This document shows, piece after piece, positions 11,713-23,900 of a stretch of 64,000 nt of DNA (position 1 is its first letter; each line of letters begins with the position of its first letter). The DNA is from Epithemia pelagica (Eukaryota; Protista; Bacillariophyta): positions 2,604,001 through 2,668,000 of the forward strand of contig OX337231.1 of assembly GCA_946965045.2 (NCBI GenBank), in the 5' to 3' direction. The notes under the pieces were generated by a model. The model ran no database searches. It was not told the origin of the DNA and saw only the letters and a program-made list of their open reading frames with translations. A program made the position numbers and the translations under genes.

Positions 11713-13093
11713 GTCGTCTTGGTTTTTTCCAGAGAGACGACGGATGTTGTCGGTCCATTGTCAATTCACCACGGTCCGATTTCGTGCAGGATCTCGTCCA
11801 GACGGTGTCGTATTTTGCGACAGGTTTGGCGATGACACCAATGAGATGTCGTCTGGCGCGCAACCGTCCTTTTGAATGCGACGATTAAAGGGCACAAGGA
11901 AACTTGTGTCTTCTTTTGGTCTTGGTAATTAAATAAATTATAGATAGTCTTCAAAAAAATCTTCACACATTCCATCCCTATGGATAAGGATAGATAGTCA
12001 GCACCAGACGTGCACCGCCATTTTTTGGACGCCAATCATCTAACCAGGTGTGGTATGCAAGATGACTACCGAACGAATGTAGCGGCACTCTTTGGATATT
12101 AGAACGCAATGCTTTTTCCGAAGCACTCTCAGGAGAGAAAACTACGGCTCCTGGCGGCAAAACTTTTGAGTCGGGGCTTCATGCTAGCCTTTGGCTGATG
12201 TTGTCTCTATCGACTTGCTCTACCTAGTAGCCTCCCGGCTGTTTCCCAACCCTAGAGAAAGGAAAAATTATTTGTTCCACTTAGTTGCACTGTTTATTCC
12301 TGAACGATCATGTTGCTTCGTTATGATGTTATTGTTTGGTTCTTTCCCTTTCTTTCGTAGTGTTGCTATCCAAGACTAAGTGAAAATGGTATTGGTGGGA
12401 TGCGAATAGATGCGAGAGGTATTGCATCTATCCAATACAATTGCACGAATCACGAATCACGAGCAGCGATCTACGATACACCCAGTCAAAGTTACCATCG
12501 ACGTGTTTGCTTGATTCTCACTGGGTTTCACTATAACCAAGTACGTTCCTCGTTAACAGTGTGGAGAGGACAGGAAAAAAGTGACGCAGCGTGGGGGATG
12601 AGTGGGACATCAACGGGGGATGGAGAATGGAGAGTTGAATCGTGATGGACACCGGCTTCCAGTGATATCTAAGTGATTTAAAGATTAGGCGATGCGAGCT
12701 CGCGAGTTTCCTATATACATAAGAAGCCATCTCGAGTTTCAGAATAGCCCCACAAACCCGTTTTCGAAATTCATGGAGTGTGGTCAGACTGCGAGCACCC
12801 ATGCTAGCCAGTCATCCTCATGGTTTGCTCCGAAACGAATGAGGAGGGACTGGCTTTGTATTTTTTGTGCGTGTCAACGTGTCAGAGATTCCCTTCTCTT
12901 CGAGTCTCTCCCTCCGCGTTCTTCGTCTCTTTTTCGAGCCGCAACTTGCCTTTTGTGTCCAGTCATTTTTCCACATTTCGGACGACTTTAAAAACAAACA
13001 ACGGCACCCAAAAATTCCATCTGGACGATGATCCCTTCTTCGCGTCGTCGCCACTTCCAAACCAGCAACACTCGGCGTGTCCGTCCACGTCGC

Positions 13094-14389
13094 ATGGACG
13101 CGCGACGTCCTTTTGCACCTCCAGACCGCCCCTCCACCGATGGTGCAGGTCTGAGCTTTCTGGAGCTTCAAGAAGCCGAGCCCCAACAGGCTGCGCCGGA
13201 AACTCACATTCCCATCATTCCCAGAGTCTCGTCGAAAGATCCAAGCTCCTTGACGCTAGTGAATGCCTCTGGCTCATTGCCAAGTTCCCCCAGAGACGCG
13301 CTTCCTTCCGTTGCCATTCTCAATGCCGATGAAACTGCGGCGTACTCCTTTTTGGCCGTCCGAAGCAACCTGAAGCATGACAATGAGATATGGGGAGAGA
13401 TTTGGTCCTCTGCCCGTTACACCAAGACAGAGACGGGAACCTACAAGATTTCTAAGGACAATGTTGCCATCAAGAAGCTCAACAAGACAGTCGTGGACGC
13501 CTATCTTGCCAGAGGGCGTACACCCACGACAGAACCTCAAGACCTCATTCATATCGGCCACGAATATCTTGCACGAGTGCTTGAAATCAGTGGCCGGGAG
13601 AATCCCTATAGAGAAATGTCGCGTATGGACGAGATCGGGGATAATATCCATGTTCTACGGCAGATTGAGTTCCTGCAAGACGATCATAATATCTACATTG
13701 TGATGCCCCATGCCTGCGAGCTTGGTTCACTGGACTACGTGGCTTTCAACCGTGAATCCCCCATGCCGGCAACAGAGGCGCAGCGTATCTGGAAGCAGAT
13801 CCTCGAGATTTTGACCTATCTCGAGCGCCACAATATTCAACACAGGGACGTGTCACCAGATAATTTTTTGTTCTTGACACCCGACCGTCTGGTTCTCATG
13901 GACTTTGCCATGTCTGTTCGAACCCCCGTGGATGAAGGGACCGGCCAGCGAACTTTGATTCATGCCATGGGACGATTTGGTACCCCGCCTTTTATGGCAC
14001 CCGAAGCCGCATACAACTTTCGGTTGATTGATGGAGTAGCCATTGATCTTTGGGCAGCTGTTCTGATTCTCTACTCCATGCTGACCAAAACGCTCCTGTA
14101 TGAGAGGCCGAATGCATTGGACGTCTGTTTTCGGTATTTCATTATTGCGGGTGGGATCACCAACGACTCAATGAATGAGCACATTGTAGAAGTTCTCAAC
14201 GAAGTCTTTGACGACGAAACAGGAGACCGCCAAGAGCAAAGCATATTGAATGATCGAGCAAAGGCAAACCTTGCCCTGACACCGGACTCGCGAGAAATCT
14301 TTAGCAACGTTCTCCAGGTGAACCCAGCGAGACGTTGGACGCTGTCACAAGTCAAAGAATCAAAGTTTTGCACTCGCCCTCAAGGCTGA
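13094..14389 (+). CDS. Serine/threonine protein kinase
   Basis: VAIKKL, ENPYREM (alphaC Glu), QHRDVSPDNFL, MDFAM (DFG variant), GTPPFMAPE, AIDLWAA, NPARRWTL. Likely ATG at 13094 (MDARRP). Confidence 0.9.
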   Translation: MDARRPFAPPDRPSTDGAGLSFLELQEAEPQQAAPETHIPIIPRVSSKDPSSLTLVNASGSLPSSPRDALPSVAILNADETAAYSFLAVRSNLKHDNEIWGEIWSSARYTKTETGTYKISKDNVAIKKLNKTVVDAYLARGRTPTTEPQDLIHIGHEYLARVLEISGRENPYREMSRMDEIGDNIHVLRQIEFLQDDHNIYIVMPHACELGSLDYVAFNRESPMPATEAQRIWKQILEILTYLERHNIQHRDVSPDNFLFLTPDRLVLMDFAMSVRTPVDEGTGQRTLIHAMGRFGTPPFMAPEAAYNFRLIDGVAIDLWAAVLILYSMLTKTLLYERPNALDVCFRYFIIAGGITNDSMNEHIVEVLNEVFDDETGDRQEQSILNDRAKANLALTPDSREIFSNVLQVNPARRWTLSQVKESKFCTRPQG

Positions 14390-14530
14390 TGAATTTTGTC
14401 TCACTGAGATCTTTTCATCCTCTTTTCACCAATCCTTTTCAAGAGCGGTCTAGAGCGTGGACCATGTGTTCCTGTTGCGCTCATCGCCTCCAAGAAACAA
14501 GCAAAAATACCAAAAATACGAGAAAGTAAT

Positions 14531-14670
14531 CAAGTTTTGTGGCAGATGGGACAGTTGTCCTCGCACCACACAGTTTTCATGTTTCACAAGAACCAACAAA
14601 CAAGAAATTCATACAAGTTCTCTGGCAGATGGGAAAGTTGTTCTCCCGAAACCCTGTTTTCATGTTTCAC
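14531..14670. repeat. Degenerate intergenic direct repeat: two ~57 bp copies, period 83 bp
   Basis: CAAGTT..TGGCAGATGGGA.AGTTGT.CTC...GTTTTCATGTTTCAC at 14531 and 14614. Confidence 0.8.
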
Positions 14671-16665
14671 CACCAATACATTTTGCCGTCCACTGACGTG
14701 GACCCCGGCCACATGGACCAGTGATAAGATAAAAAGACTCGTCTCATAGTGACTAGAGCTGTCATTGACAGATCAATCGTGGAAGAAAAAGTTGAACGAT
14801 GGAATGAGAGAATCGTTCGCTCCACAGCAGAAATCATTCATGCATATTGCAACGTACCCCTTGTTTCCGTGATCGATTCAATCAAGCAACCGAATGGACA
14901 AACCTTTGACACTTCAAAGGCATCATCAGCAAACCATGGCAAACATCCATTTCCAAATGTTTGTAAGAACCATGACCATGACATAGCGGTGTAGCAATTT
15001 AATCGTGATAGATAACGGTATGGTGAAATCAAATGATGCCACCTTCATTTCACGGCTCTGCATTCCAACAAATCCACAAACCGGTTGATTGCTGAAGACC
15101 GACTATCTTGCTCTGCTTCTGTTGAATCGCTAGAGTGGAGGGTAGGAGTACGTGTTTGCATCGGGTGTTCGGATTGACTACATCAACACACTTTGCTCGT
15201 AGAATCACAGAACCAGCGATACTTCGCAAGTCCAGTTCCACTAGTCCTTGAATGTCATACTGCCATACATCATCGTTGTGGTCGTTTTCCCCATTCCGTC
15301 TCGGTTCCATGGCAAAGCTTCGAAAGAGAGGGTCCATGCTTGCCGCTAGGCTCATTCACGACTCAAAACCGTCCAATTTCGTGGCACACCAAATCGTCTT
15401 CATTCTCTCATCATACCCCTTTCTCGACGGAATGAACTAATAAGAACGAAGGAAGTAGAGTCCCTCTGAATGTTGCTTGTCTCCCGTATCAAAGGCGCAC
15501 ATGGGAAGCCATTTTCCTCGTGTCAACAGCGATTCGAAACCGAGATGATCCGAATCGATCCGATCCGATCCGAGCCAACAAGATACGGCCAACCCAGTTC
15601 CACATCCCGATTCTCATGGTGAAGAGCTTTTCGTCTTTGCGATTACCATGGTTGTGGCTGAACATCCATAATGGAACTGGACCGACGTGACACTCCGTTC
15701 GCATCGAAACGTTCATGGTGGATCTTTCTTGACACACTACCTCGCGTCCTTACGATACGGTCTATCATTCATAATTAATACATTAGTACCTACGTTCGAT
15801 AGGTTGTGTTGTTGTATCCGGGTTACTAAGACACTTCAAGCACGTGACACGTGACGCCAAAGAATTTTGGTCCTTTGATCGACGGTATTTTGGGGGACGA
15901 CGCCAAGTCCTCCAGTTCCAGTTGGCCCCCCAAAACAGTCACAGATCTGTCCCAGTCATCAGTCATCTGTCAGTCCCCAGTCCCCACCAACAGCTGCTGC
16001 CAGCTGCGATGCTCATTCCGCGAGCATGCCCATAAAACGACACGTGCTTTGTCGATCTGTCTGGGTTCTACTCGTAGTATTATAGTCGTACTGACTGTGT
16101 GTACTGTACTCGTACCGTATGTATTCATAGCTACGTAACCGTAACTACTAAAGATACTCTTACTTACAGCTTTCTGTGGAAGCAGATGTTTTTCACACGT
16201 GACCTTTTCGCCTCATCCAATCACATGGCAAATCAAGAAACGAGAATCTTCGTGGTGCGATCTTTTCTCCTTCTGTGTTCTGCGCAACAAACAACAACTG
16301 TCCTCTCTCTAACAATAATTGGATCTCACATCATCAAGGACAAGAAAGAGAGCTCCATGTTGTCACTGGAGTCTTGAAAGAGCTTTGAACTTTGTCATCG
16401 TCATCTTGATCATCTTGAATCCTGAATGTTGTCGATCTGCCGTCTGCTGTCTGCTCCCTTTATTATTTCGGCTCGTGCATCGACGCACCACTTCGCCCTT
16501 CGAATAGCTAGATAGCACAAGGCACTCTGTGGTTCTCCCTCCCTCAATTCGTATGATTCTTTGCAGAACATATTATCCATCGAATTTTTCCGTTCCAATC
16601 GGCTAAAGTCGTTTGATTGTGTCGTTTTTCGATTTTCGTTCCATCTTGCCAACGATTCTCATCGC

Positions 16666-16692
16666 CATCATCATCATCATCATCATCATCAT
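16666..16692 (+). repeat. (CAT)9 microsatellite running into the ABC gene start codon
   Basis: CATCATCATCATCATCATCATCATCAT-G; the last AT plus G forms the ATG at 16691. Confidence 0.9.
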
Positions 16693-18535
16693 GCCCGCGA
16701 ATGAAGATTTGGTCAACGTATCTCTTCCTCATGTCTTGCTTTGTTCGGCACCTCTCGCTTTGGTTGCCTTTGCATCCTACTCCATGAACCTCAAGCTCGA
16801 GAGTCCCATTCTCGTCGGATGCGTTCGAACCTTTGTCCAACTGACGCTCTTGGCTCTTATTTTGCAACCCATTTTTGTATGGGGCGAAACCTACTGGGAA
16901 ATTGTAGTCGTTTATTCCGTCCTCATGGTTCTCATCACGTCCTACGAAAGTGTTCGCCGATGCACCTATTATTTCCACAATATGTACGCTTACATTCTCG
17001 CAAGTTTTTTGGTCAATATTGGTTTGGTCTCGCTCTTTACCTTTGGTATGGTCATTCAACCATTGCCCATGTGGAACCCACAATATGTCATTCCCATGCT
17101 TGGCATGCTGTTGGGAAACTCCATCAATGGAGCCTCTCTTTCTCTCAATTCCATGCTCACTTCCTTGGTGGAACAAGCCCCCGAGGTGGAACTCCTCCTC
17201 TCCTTTGGAGCCAATCGGAATGAGGCCAGTAGTCGATTGCTGCGAGAAGCCGTACGAACCGGTGCACTGCCCATGCTGAATTCCATGGCCGTCATTGGTT
17301 TGATATATATCCCTGGAATGATGACGGGTCAAATTTTGGGTGGTAGCGATGTCATGGAAGCGGCCCGGTATCAAATGATTATCCTATACTTGGTTGCCCT
17401 CTGTACGTTTGGTGTCATTTTGACCGAAGTCTATGTCGTGGTACGAGTCGGCTTTGATTCCGAAATGGATCGGTTGCGCACCGATCGGTTCCAGAAACGT
17501 CAAGAAGGACGGTCCTTTGTCGAATCCGTGGGACGACTTGTAACAGTGCTGTTTGGATCCAACAATAATAGTCGACAAAGAGCTGGACCCAATCGAAATA
17601 CAACAGGCCTCGGTATGGACCGCATGTCTAGTGGTGAGTCGGACACCCTCCTCGATGAGCAAAAAACCCCGAATCGGGACGAAGAGGACTCCTCCTTGTC
17701 CTATTCCAGCACAGTGCGCCGAGGACAGCTCCATGTGAGTACGCTGTCGTCGGCCTCCACAGCTGTGGTCCACGCCGAGCCCTTTCAAGTCTCCAACCTT
17801 CAATGCTTGTTTGTGGGAACGAGTGGAACCAGCACCAATAATACTGGGGAACAACGACACATTTTATTTCAAGACATTTCCTTTACGGTCCATCCGGGAG
17901 AAATAGCCTTGGTTTCCGGTGCCAGTGGATCGGGCAAGACGACCTTGCTGCGTTGTTTGAGTGGGATGCAAAGCATTGATGTCGGTGAGATTCGACGAGG
18001 CAGCCGTGTTGGAGTCGCCACCACGGCGACAACAACGACAGCCGATTCGAATGCTGCGGCCTGGCGTCGTCAAACACGTTATGTGACACAGTACAAAATT
18101 GCCATTCCCGGTACACCCATGGATCTCATTCGACGCTTTACCAGTTTTCAATCCTGGAAACGAACGACAACCACCGCAAATACAACATCATTGAAAGAAG
18201 CAGACGAAACAGTCTTGGCTCCGTCCAAAAGTGAGGTGGTATCATATTGTCGTGACTTGTTGCATCAATGGGAAATGGACCGGACCGACATGGATAAGGA
18301 ATGGAGTCAACTCTCGGGTGGAGAAGCGCAACGGATGCTTGTTGCTTTGGCATTAGCTTCCAAACCACAAGTCTTGCTCTTGGACGAGAGTACGTCGGCC
18401 TTGGATCTAGACGTCAAGCAAAAGGTGGAACACTGTGTGCAAGACCATGCCACCCGATTCGGTACCAGTGTGATGTGGATTACTCATGACGTGGAGCAAA
18501 TTGAACGCATGAAAAAGATGAATCAGCAGCCCTGA
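16691..18535 (+). CDS. Fused ABC transporter: UPF0014/YbbM (FetB, STAR2/ALS3-like) permease plus YbbL (FetA, STAR1-like) ATPase
   Basis: N-terminal half has RTFVQL, QYVIPMLGMLLGNSING, SLTSLV, LLLSFGA, IPGMMTGQILGG and AARYQMIIL, typical of UPF0014. C-terminal half has Walker A GASGSGKT, Q-loop YVTQ, signature LSGGEAQR, Walker B LLLDESTSALD and H-loop ITHD. One continuous ORF. Confidence 0.9.
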   Translation: MPANEDLVNVSLPHVLLCSAPLALVAFASYSMNLKLESPILVGCVRTFVQLTLLALILQPIFVWGETYWEIVVVYSVLMVLITSYESVRRCTYYFHNMYAYILASFLVNIGLVSLFTFGMVIQPLPMWNPQYVIPMLGMLLGNSINGASLSLNSMLTSLVEQAPEVELLLSFGANRNEASSRLLREAVRTGALPMLNSMAVIGLIYIPGMMTGQILGGSDVMEAARYQMIILYLVALCTFGVILTEVYVVVRVGFDSEMDRLRTDRFQKRQEGRSFVESVGRLVTVLFGSNNNSRQRAGPNRNTTGLGMDRMSSGESDTLLDEQKTPNRDEEDSSLSYSSTVRRGQLHVSTLSSASTAVVHAEPFQVSNLQCLFVGTSGTSTNNTGEQRHILFQDISFTVHPGEIALVSGASGSGKTTLLRCLSGMQSIDVGEIRRGSRVGVATTATTTTADSNAAAWRRQTRYVTQYKIAIPGTPMDLIRRFTSFQSWKRTTTTANTTSLKEADETVLAPSKSEVVSYCRDLLHQWEMDRTDMDKEWSQLSGGEAQRMLVALALASKPQVLLLDESTSALDLDVKQKVEHCVQDHATRFGTSVMWITHDVEQIERMKKMNQQP

Positions 18536-18895
18536 GAAGAGAAACATGACAGGTCATCGCAATTTGATTGAACCATAATGGAGCCAACAAGAATATTTGG
18601 GGTTGTCACAAGGCGACCGCGGGTTACATTCCAAATGGAGTCCCACGCCAGTCCCTTGCCATATTCCCTTTCCACCACTTCTTGCTGTCTCCATACGTTT
18701 TTCCATGAGAACGCTTGGTCAATGGAGGCTTGCAAATACTTTGTACAAATGATATCATGTGTCGATTTAATGTACAAATTTCTCTTTTGTCCGATTCACA
18801 TAGACTGATCAGTTTTTTTTCTTGAATAAAGTCATGATTTTGCGCTGTTGCACCAATCATGAGAGAAATATACACACCATACACATGTGATATCC

Positions 18896-20083
18896 CTACA
18901 AGAGTGGTTCATCCAAATGTCTGGTATAGGCAACTTGCATTCTCGATTCGTGACCTGGTCGTTCCAGGGTTTGCATCGTCTCTGTTTCCAATTCCTGCAA
19001 ATCCACATGATCCGTAATGAGAATGCCTCGATCATGATCGTATTCGTGTTGAAAGGCTCGTGCTTGTTCTCCTGTCAAGCGACGACGCTCGACTGTAGAT
19101 GTCCTGGGATCCCACGAATCGACCTCAATCCAGGCATCCCGCAAGACAGTGGCACGAAAACTGGGTGGTAACACTAGACACTCTTCTCGCCACACTCGCA
19201 TCTCCATTTCGGGAGACCGTCCCACAATGTGTGGATTAATGAGGAAAACATCGTTCTCATCTAGAGAGTTGCCACGTTGGGCGTGTTTGGGTGGTTGCAA
19301 ATAAATGATTCGGGCGTTGACACCACATTGTTGTGCCGCCAACCCAACGGCTCGATTTCTCACGGCTGTTTGTTTCAAACAATGACACGCTTGTTGCAAC
19401 TCCACCGTTCCCAACCAGGAAGGAGGAACCGGATCGGCACTACATCATTCCGAGTGCACATGAAAACAAAAGAAAGCGAGGTAAAAAGGCAGCAGACGAT
19501 TAGGAGCAAAATATCGAGTGTGATTTCAAGGTTGGAATGTATTGGAACCAAAACGCGCAAGCGAATCCAGACACACGTACGCTTGTCGAAGAATGGGATC
19601 TGGCCATTTTGCCATGGGCCAGTTCCGATCATGGTCGTCCGCCAGATCAATGGCCCGGGAAAGGGACAACCACGGCAGTTGCGTGCCGGTCCATTGCGGA
19701 GAATAGACAAAGGGTTCTTGTGAGAGGATGGAGGTGGTGATTGGTGTGAATTGTTCGGCCGCCACCAACGACGGTCTCATTGTCACGAGTGCACTGGTGG
19801 CCGCCATGGCGCAGGCAATCAATTGACGACGATGGTTGCCTTTGGCCCATGATTGTTTCTCTGGGGACGCCGGTACCGAATTTGGTGGCGTCGCCGCCAC
19901 TTTAGTTGTTGGCTTGCTGGAGAATGGAATACATTGGTTATTCCTTAGTCTTGACTGGCGTAACAGTAACATGGCGTTGTATCGACGAGACAAAGGTTTC
20001 GTCACAAAAGAGAAAGCTAAACAACAAGAAGAAGTACACAACAGCATCCATCCGACCACCAAACGGAGGATGGAGCAACTCAT
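18896..20083 (-). CDS. Plastid-targeted peptide deformylase-like protein
   Basis: Signal peptide ending CLA-FSF. Intron 19440-19580 joins WPDPILRQA to ADPVPPS. PDF motifs AVGLAAQQ, EECL and QHEYDH retain the metal-binding Cys and HExxH. Confidence 0.85.
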
Positions 20084-20942
20084 GCGACGAACCCATGGGC
20101 AAACGGTAACTGTCTTGATCACGAACGGTTGTCCATTCACCACCATTTGATTTGATGCGCAGGTCTAATTCCTTCCTTCTTCTCTTTCTTTGTTAACAAG
20201 GATCCTTCAACTTCTGTAAACAAGAGGCACAATCTTTGGATGCGAGACTCTCACGGACGCACGATGATCGATGATGTGAATGACTGGCGATCCAAAATCC
20301 AAATCCAAACCCACATCCGCTCACGCCTGCATCTGTAAGGCTTGCGTGTTCTCCACGCGCGCCGGGAGTCCACTCCTCTCGCATCATGCGGTCGCCCCAC
20401 AAAATGATGCGGCGATCGGCAATTGCAATTCTGCAAAAGGCAGTCTCTGGTCTCTGGACTCTGGACTCTGCTCTTGGACTATTGGAAATTGTACGAACAG
20501 AACCACGATGAGTGATCCATTTCAAGCATATATGTGTGTCAACGTAAATTCAAAAGAGAACAAGAGCGAACATAGGTGATAAGTGGTGTCAACTTGCAGC
20601 TTACCGGACACTGTCAAGAATAGCCAAGATCCAAGATCCCTTGCAGCCAATTTCTACAATACAGAGGCCGACGCAACTCATTCTTGTTGGTTTGTTGTGC
20701 TTCGTCAACCGTGACGATCGAGACTACCTAGCTCCGACTGATACTCCAAGCAGTAATCCAGAAGCCGGTATCTTTTCGAAGATGTGGTCAGTGAAAATTT
20801 TGGATTTTCTGTGTTACCCTTGAGTCTTGCCCTTTTTGTCACGCTTCGTTCCCTCCATTCCTTCCCGACAACAACAACGACAAAGACAACAAAGAATTGA
20901 CCTGGTCACTCTCTCGTTTGGTTTCTCCTTCCAACATTAACC

Positions 20943-23900
20943 ATGTCTTCCTCCCTTTCGTATCAGGCTGGAGATGTCGTCTGGACTACATATGGTGCTG
21001 GAGTCATTGTGGGGAATCATGAACCTACAACCACGACGACGACGACGACCTTCCAAATGGTCATGGTCCGATTGTGGAGATTTCCGGGCAAATCCATCGG
21101 ATCCGCTGCCTTGGCCTTTCTTCAAGAATCTGCTGTAAGTAATCGCACTCTTTTAGGGGCTGAGGAATGTTGTTGTTGAGGAGGGAATCCACTGAATCTC
21201 TCTCTGTGTTTTTGTTGTTGTCTTTGTTGTCTTCTTTTTCCTTCCCATAGATTGTGCGTCGATTGCCCGTTGCCCCCGGCATGGAAACCTCGATTCGTGA
21301 TCCGACCAAAGACGAACAACCATTGGGTGATGACAAGGATGGCCCTAACATTGATGAGGAGGGAAAAGAAGAAGAAGAAGAAGATGTTCGAGTGATGGTG
21401 CATGCATATTATCCAACGACCGACACGTTTTTGGTAGCTCCCACCACCACATCAACCACACCATCATCATCCACCCTTCGTTTGCCCTTGCATCTGACTC
21501 CCAAATCGCCGTCTTTGCAATACACTGAGGTTCCCGCGTCAGCGTTGGAAGTTGCTCCCGCTGCCAAATTCTATCCCATTTTGGAAACTCTCATGGTCCG
21601 AGGCGATCAAACAGCACAACAGGCTACACAACTCTTGCAACACGAAACCACACAAACCTTTATTCATCAAACTCAAGCTACTTTACAATCCAAATTCAAT
21701 AGCGCCTCGGAAACACTCCTTGGAGACGGCTCGACGACCACCCCCAATCTCGAGGAATGGACCGATACGGTCGAGGCGGCGGTGGTGGCTCATACACCGT
21801 CGGAACCCCAAATCAAACAAGTCTTGGCCATGGTCAAGGATCAAGAATTGACCGAATTGCTACAAAATTGTCGGGAACGATTGGAACATTTGGTCCATGA
21901 GGAATTGCCCCAGGCCACTCAACAGGCACTTTTGAAAACGGGCATTCAAATCAAACTCGTCGAGTCTTCTGAAACTGACGACAATGACAGCAACAAGGAT
22001 ACGCCTACCTTTGCCGCATCGATTCACGCATCGCGCAAGGCAGCCTTGGAAGCTGTTCGAGAGTATTTGGACAAGGCGGATTTGATGGATTCCACACAAT
22101 TAGAACAAGTACGAGCGGATGTGACCAACAAATTTTCCCAAACTTTTGATTCCTTGGCAGCTGCAGCGAAATCTGATCGGAGTTTGCATGACTTGTTTCA
22201 GTCGGTAGCCGACAAGACGACTGTGTGGCAACAGTCGACCGGACGACTTTTGGAAACGCGGTCGGCTAGTCTGTTTTTGGAAGGTGCCAGTCGCTTACAG
22301 GCACGGGCGGCGACGATTTTTCAAATGCAATGGACTGGTGGAGGAGAAATTGGATCCAAATTGACCAAGGCTTTTACCGAAAAAGATGCCGCCTTGGCTC
22401 GACTCAAATCCATTGAATTGGGAGATGCTGTCAAGAAACGGCTGGTCGAGGCCATTGAAGTTCGGAGTGATTCGCTGGGTGGATTGGATGGAATCATTGC
22501 CGGAGCCTTGGCCAAGGTACGAACGACGGGACAAGAATCGGGAGATCAAATGAAGGTCATGTTGAGTCAATTGCAAGATTCGGCGTCCACTGCTACGGCC
22601 AATGCGCATGAAACCCTCATTTCTGTACTGTCTCACCGGAGCATGTACCGAGATGTCGCCCTCCTTCGGATTGAACGTGTTTTTTGCGAATTGCAAAATC
22701 ATTTTGGAGATGATTTGTCTCCCGAAGATATTGCTGCCGTGGCACGGGGAGAAGGGGGAACGGCCAAATTGTTTCAACCCATTGCCAAGCGAGCCGTCCA
22801 ACAAATTGAAAAACAATTGGATACAGCAGAATCTCAAATCACGGACCAAACCATGTTGGCGGTCTTGCAACGGGTCCGGAAAATTACGTCGGGTGAATTG
22901 ACCGTTTCGGCCTTGACGGAAGAGTTGGTGGGAATTCTCAACGACGAACGCATTGTCGCGGCCAGTGAGACCTTTGTGCAACACGGCGAACATGTCTTGG
23001 ATGCCATTGAGGGAGTGTCGAGCAACAAGGTCGTGAATGACGCCCTCAAAATTGCCGAAAAGGCGGGCATTACCAAAGATTCCATGATGAAGGAAATTGA
23101 AAAATTAGATGTCGATCAACTGTTGGATACGGCCGGGAGTGCCGTCACGGACGAAACCAAACGATTGCAACTCTTGTCGTCGGCCACTGATACCGCCTTG
23201 GATTTCATTTTGCGCATCTTACCCTCCATGCCCGTCCCACCCTTTGATGGTGCACGAGATGGATTGGTCTACAATATTTCTAATCTATCCATGGAAGGAT
23301 TCAAGGTACGAAAGGAAGACATTCAAATTGAATTGGCGGGTATGCGAGCCACGAAACGACGAGCATCCTCCATTGTTCAGCGCCATTCCTCCAGTTCACT
23401 CGAACAAACATCACAACAACAACCGGCGTCTGCCTCTATGAGTGATACTTCCTCTATGGATGTGGAAGATATGGAAGATGACGGTGAAGAAGATGTAGTG
23501 GGATTCGACCAAGTATCTTCCAGCGTCAAAGCCACAGAACTTTTGATTATTGATGTTCGACGGATATCGGCCATTCTGAATGATGCTGCGTGGAGCTTTG
23601 AACAGACCTATATGCCCTACTTGAAAGGAAGTGGACATGCCGACATTAAGCTTTCCAATGGAGCCATTCGGTTGCAATTCGAATTGCGACGTCGTGCCAA
23701 ACCAAGTAGTAGCGAATCCAATGGCGAAAATGGGGAAACGGAATGGGAACCCGTGCTGTGTTTGCATGACAGAACGTGTTCGATTGGGGAAATAGAGTTG
23801 GTGTTACAAGGAGAAGGACGATTGACGTGGATTTTTAATAAGCTTGCGTCCATTTTCAAAGGTTCCTTGAGAGACTATGTTGTACGGACGATTGTACGAG

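Noticed and set aside
15050-15355. Minus-strand 101 aa ORF in the kinase-ABC intergenic region
   Set aside because: Short, no recognisable motif and no convincing splice partners.
16081-16160. GTAC-rich stretch sharing ATAGCTACGTA (16127-16137) with the satellite core
   Set aside because: An 11-bp match in low-complexity intergenic DNA that does not extend in either direction.
22295-22993. Long antisense or alternative-frame ORFs overlapping real genes (also 16544-17374, 60657-61466, 6340-7140)
   Set aside because: Shadows of the codon bias of well-supported coding regions; the translations lack domains.
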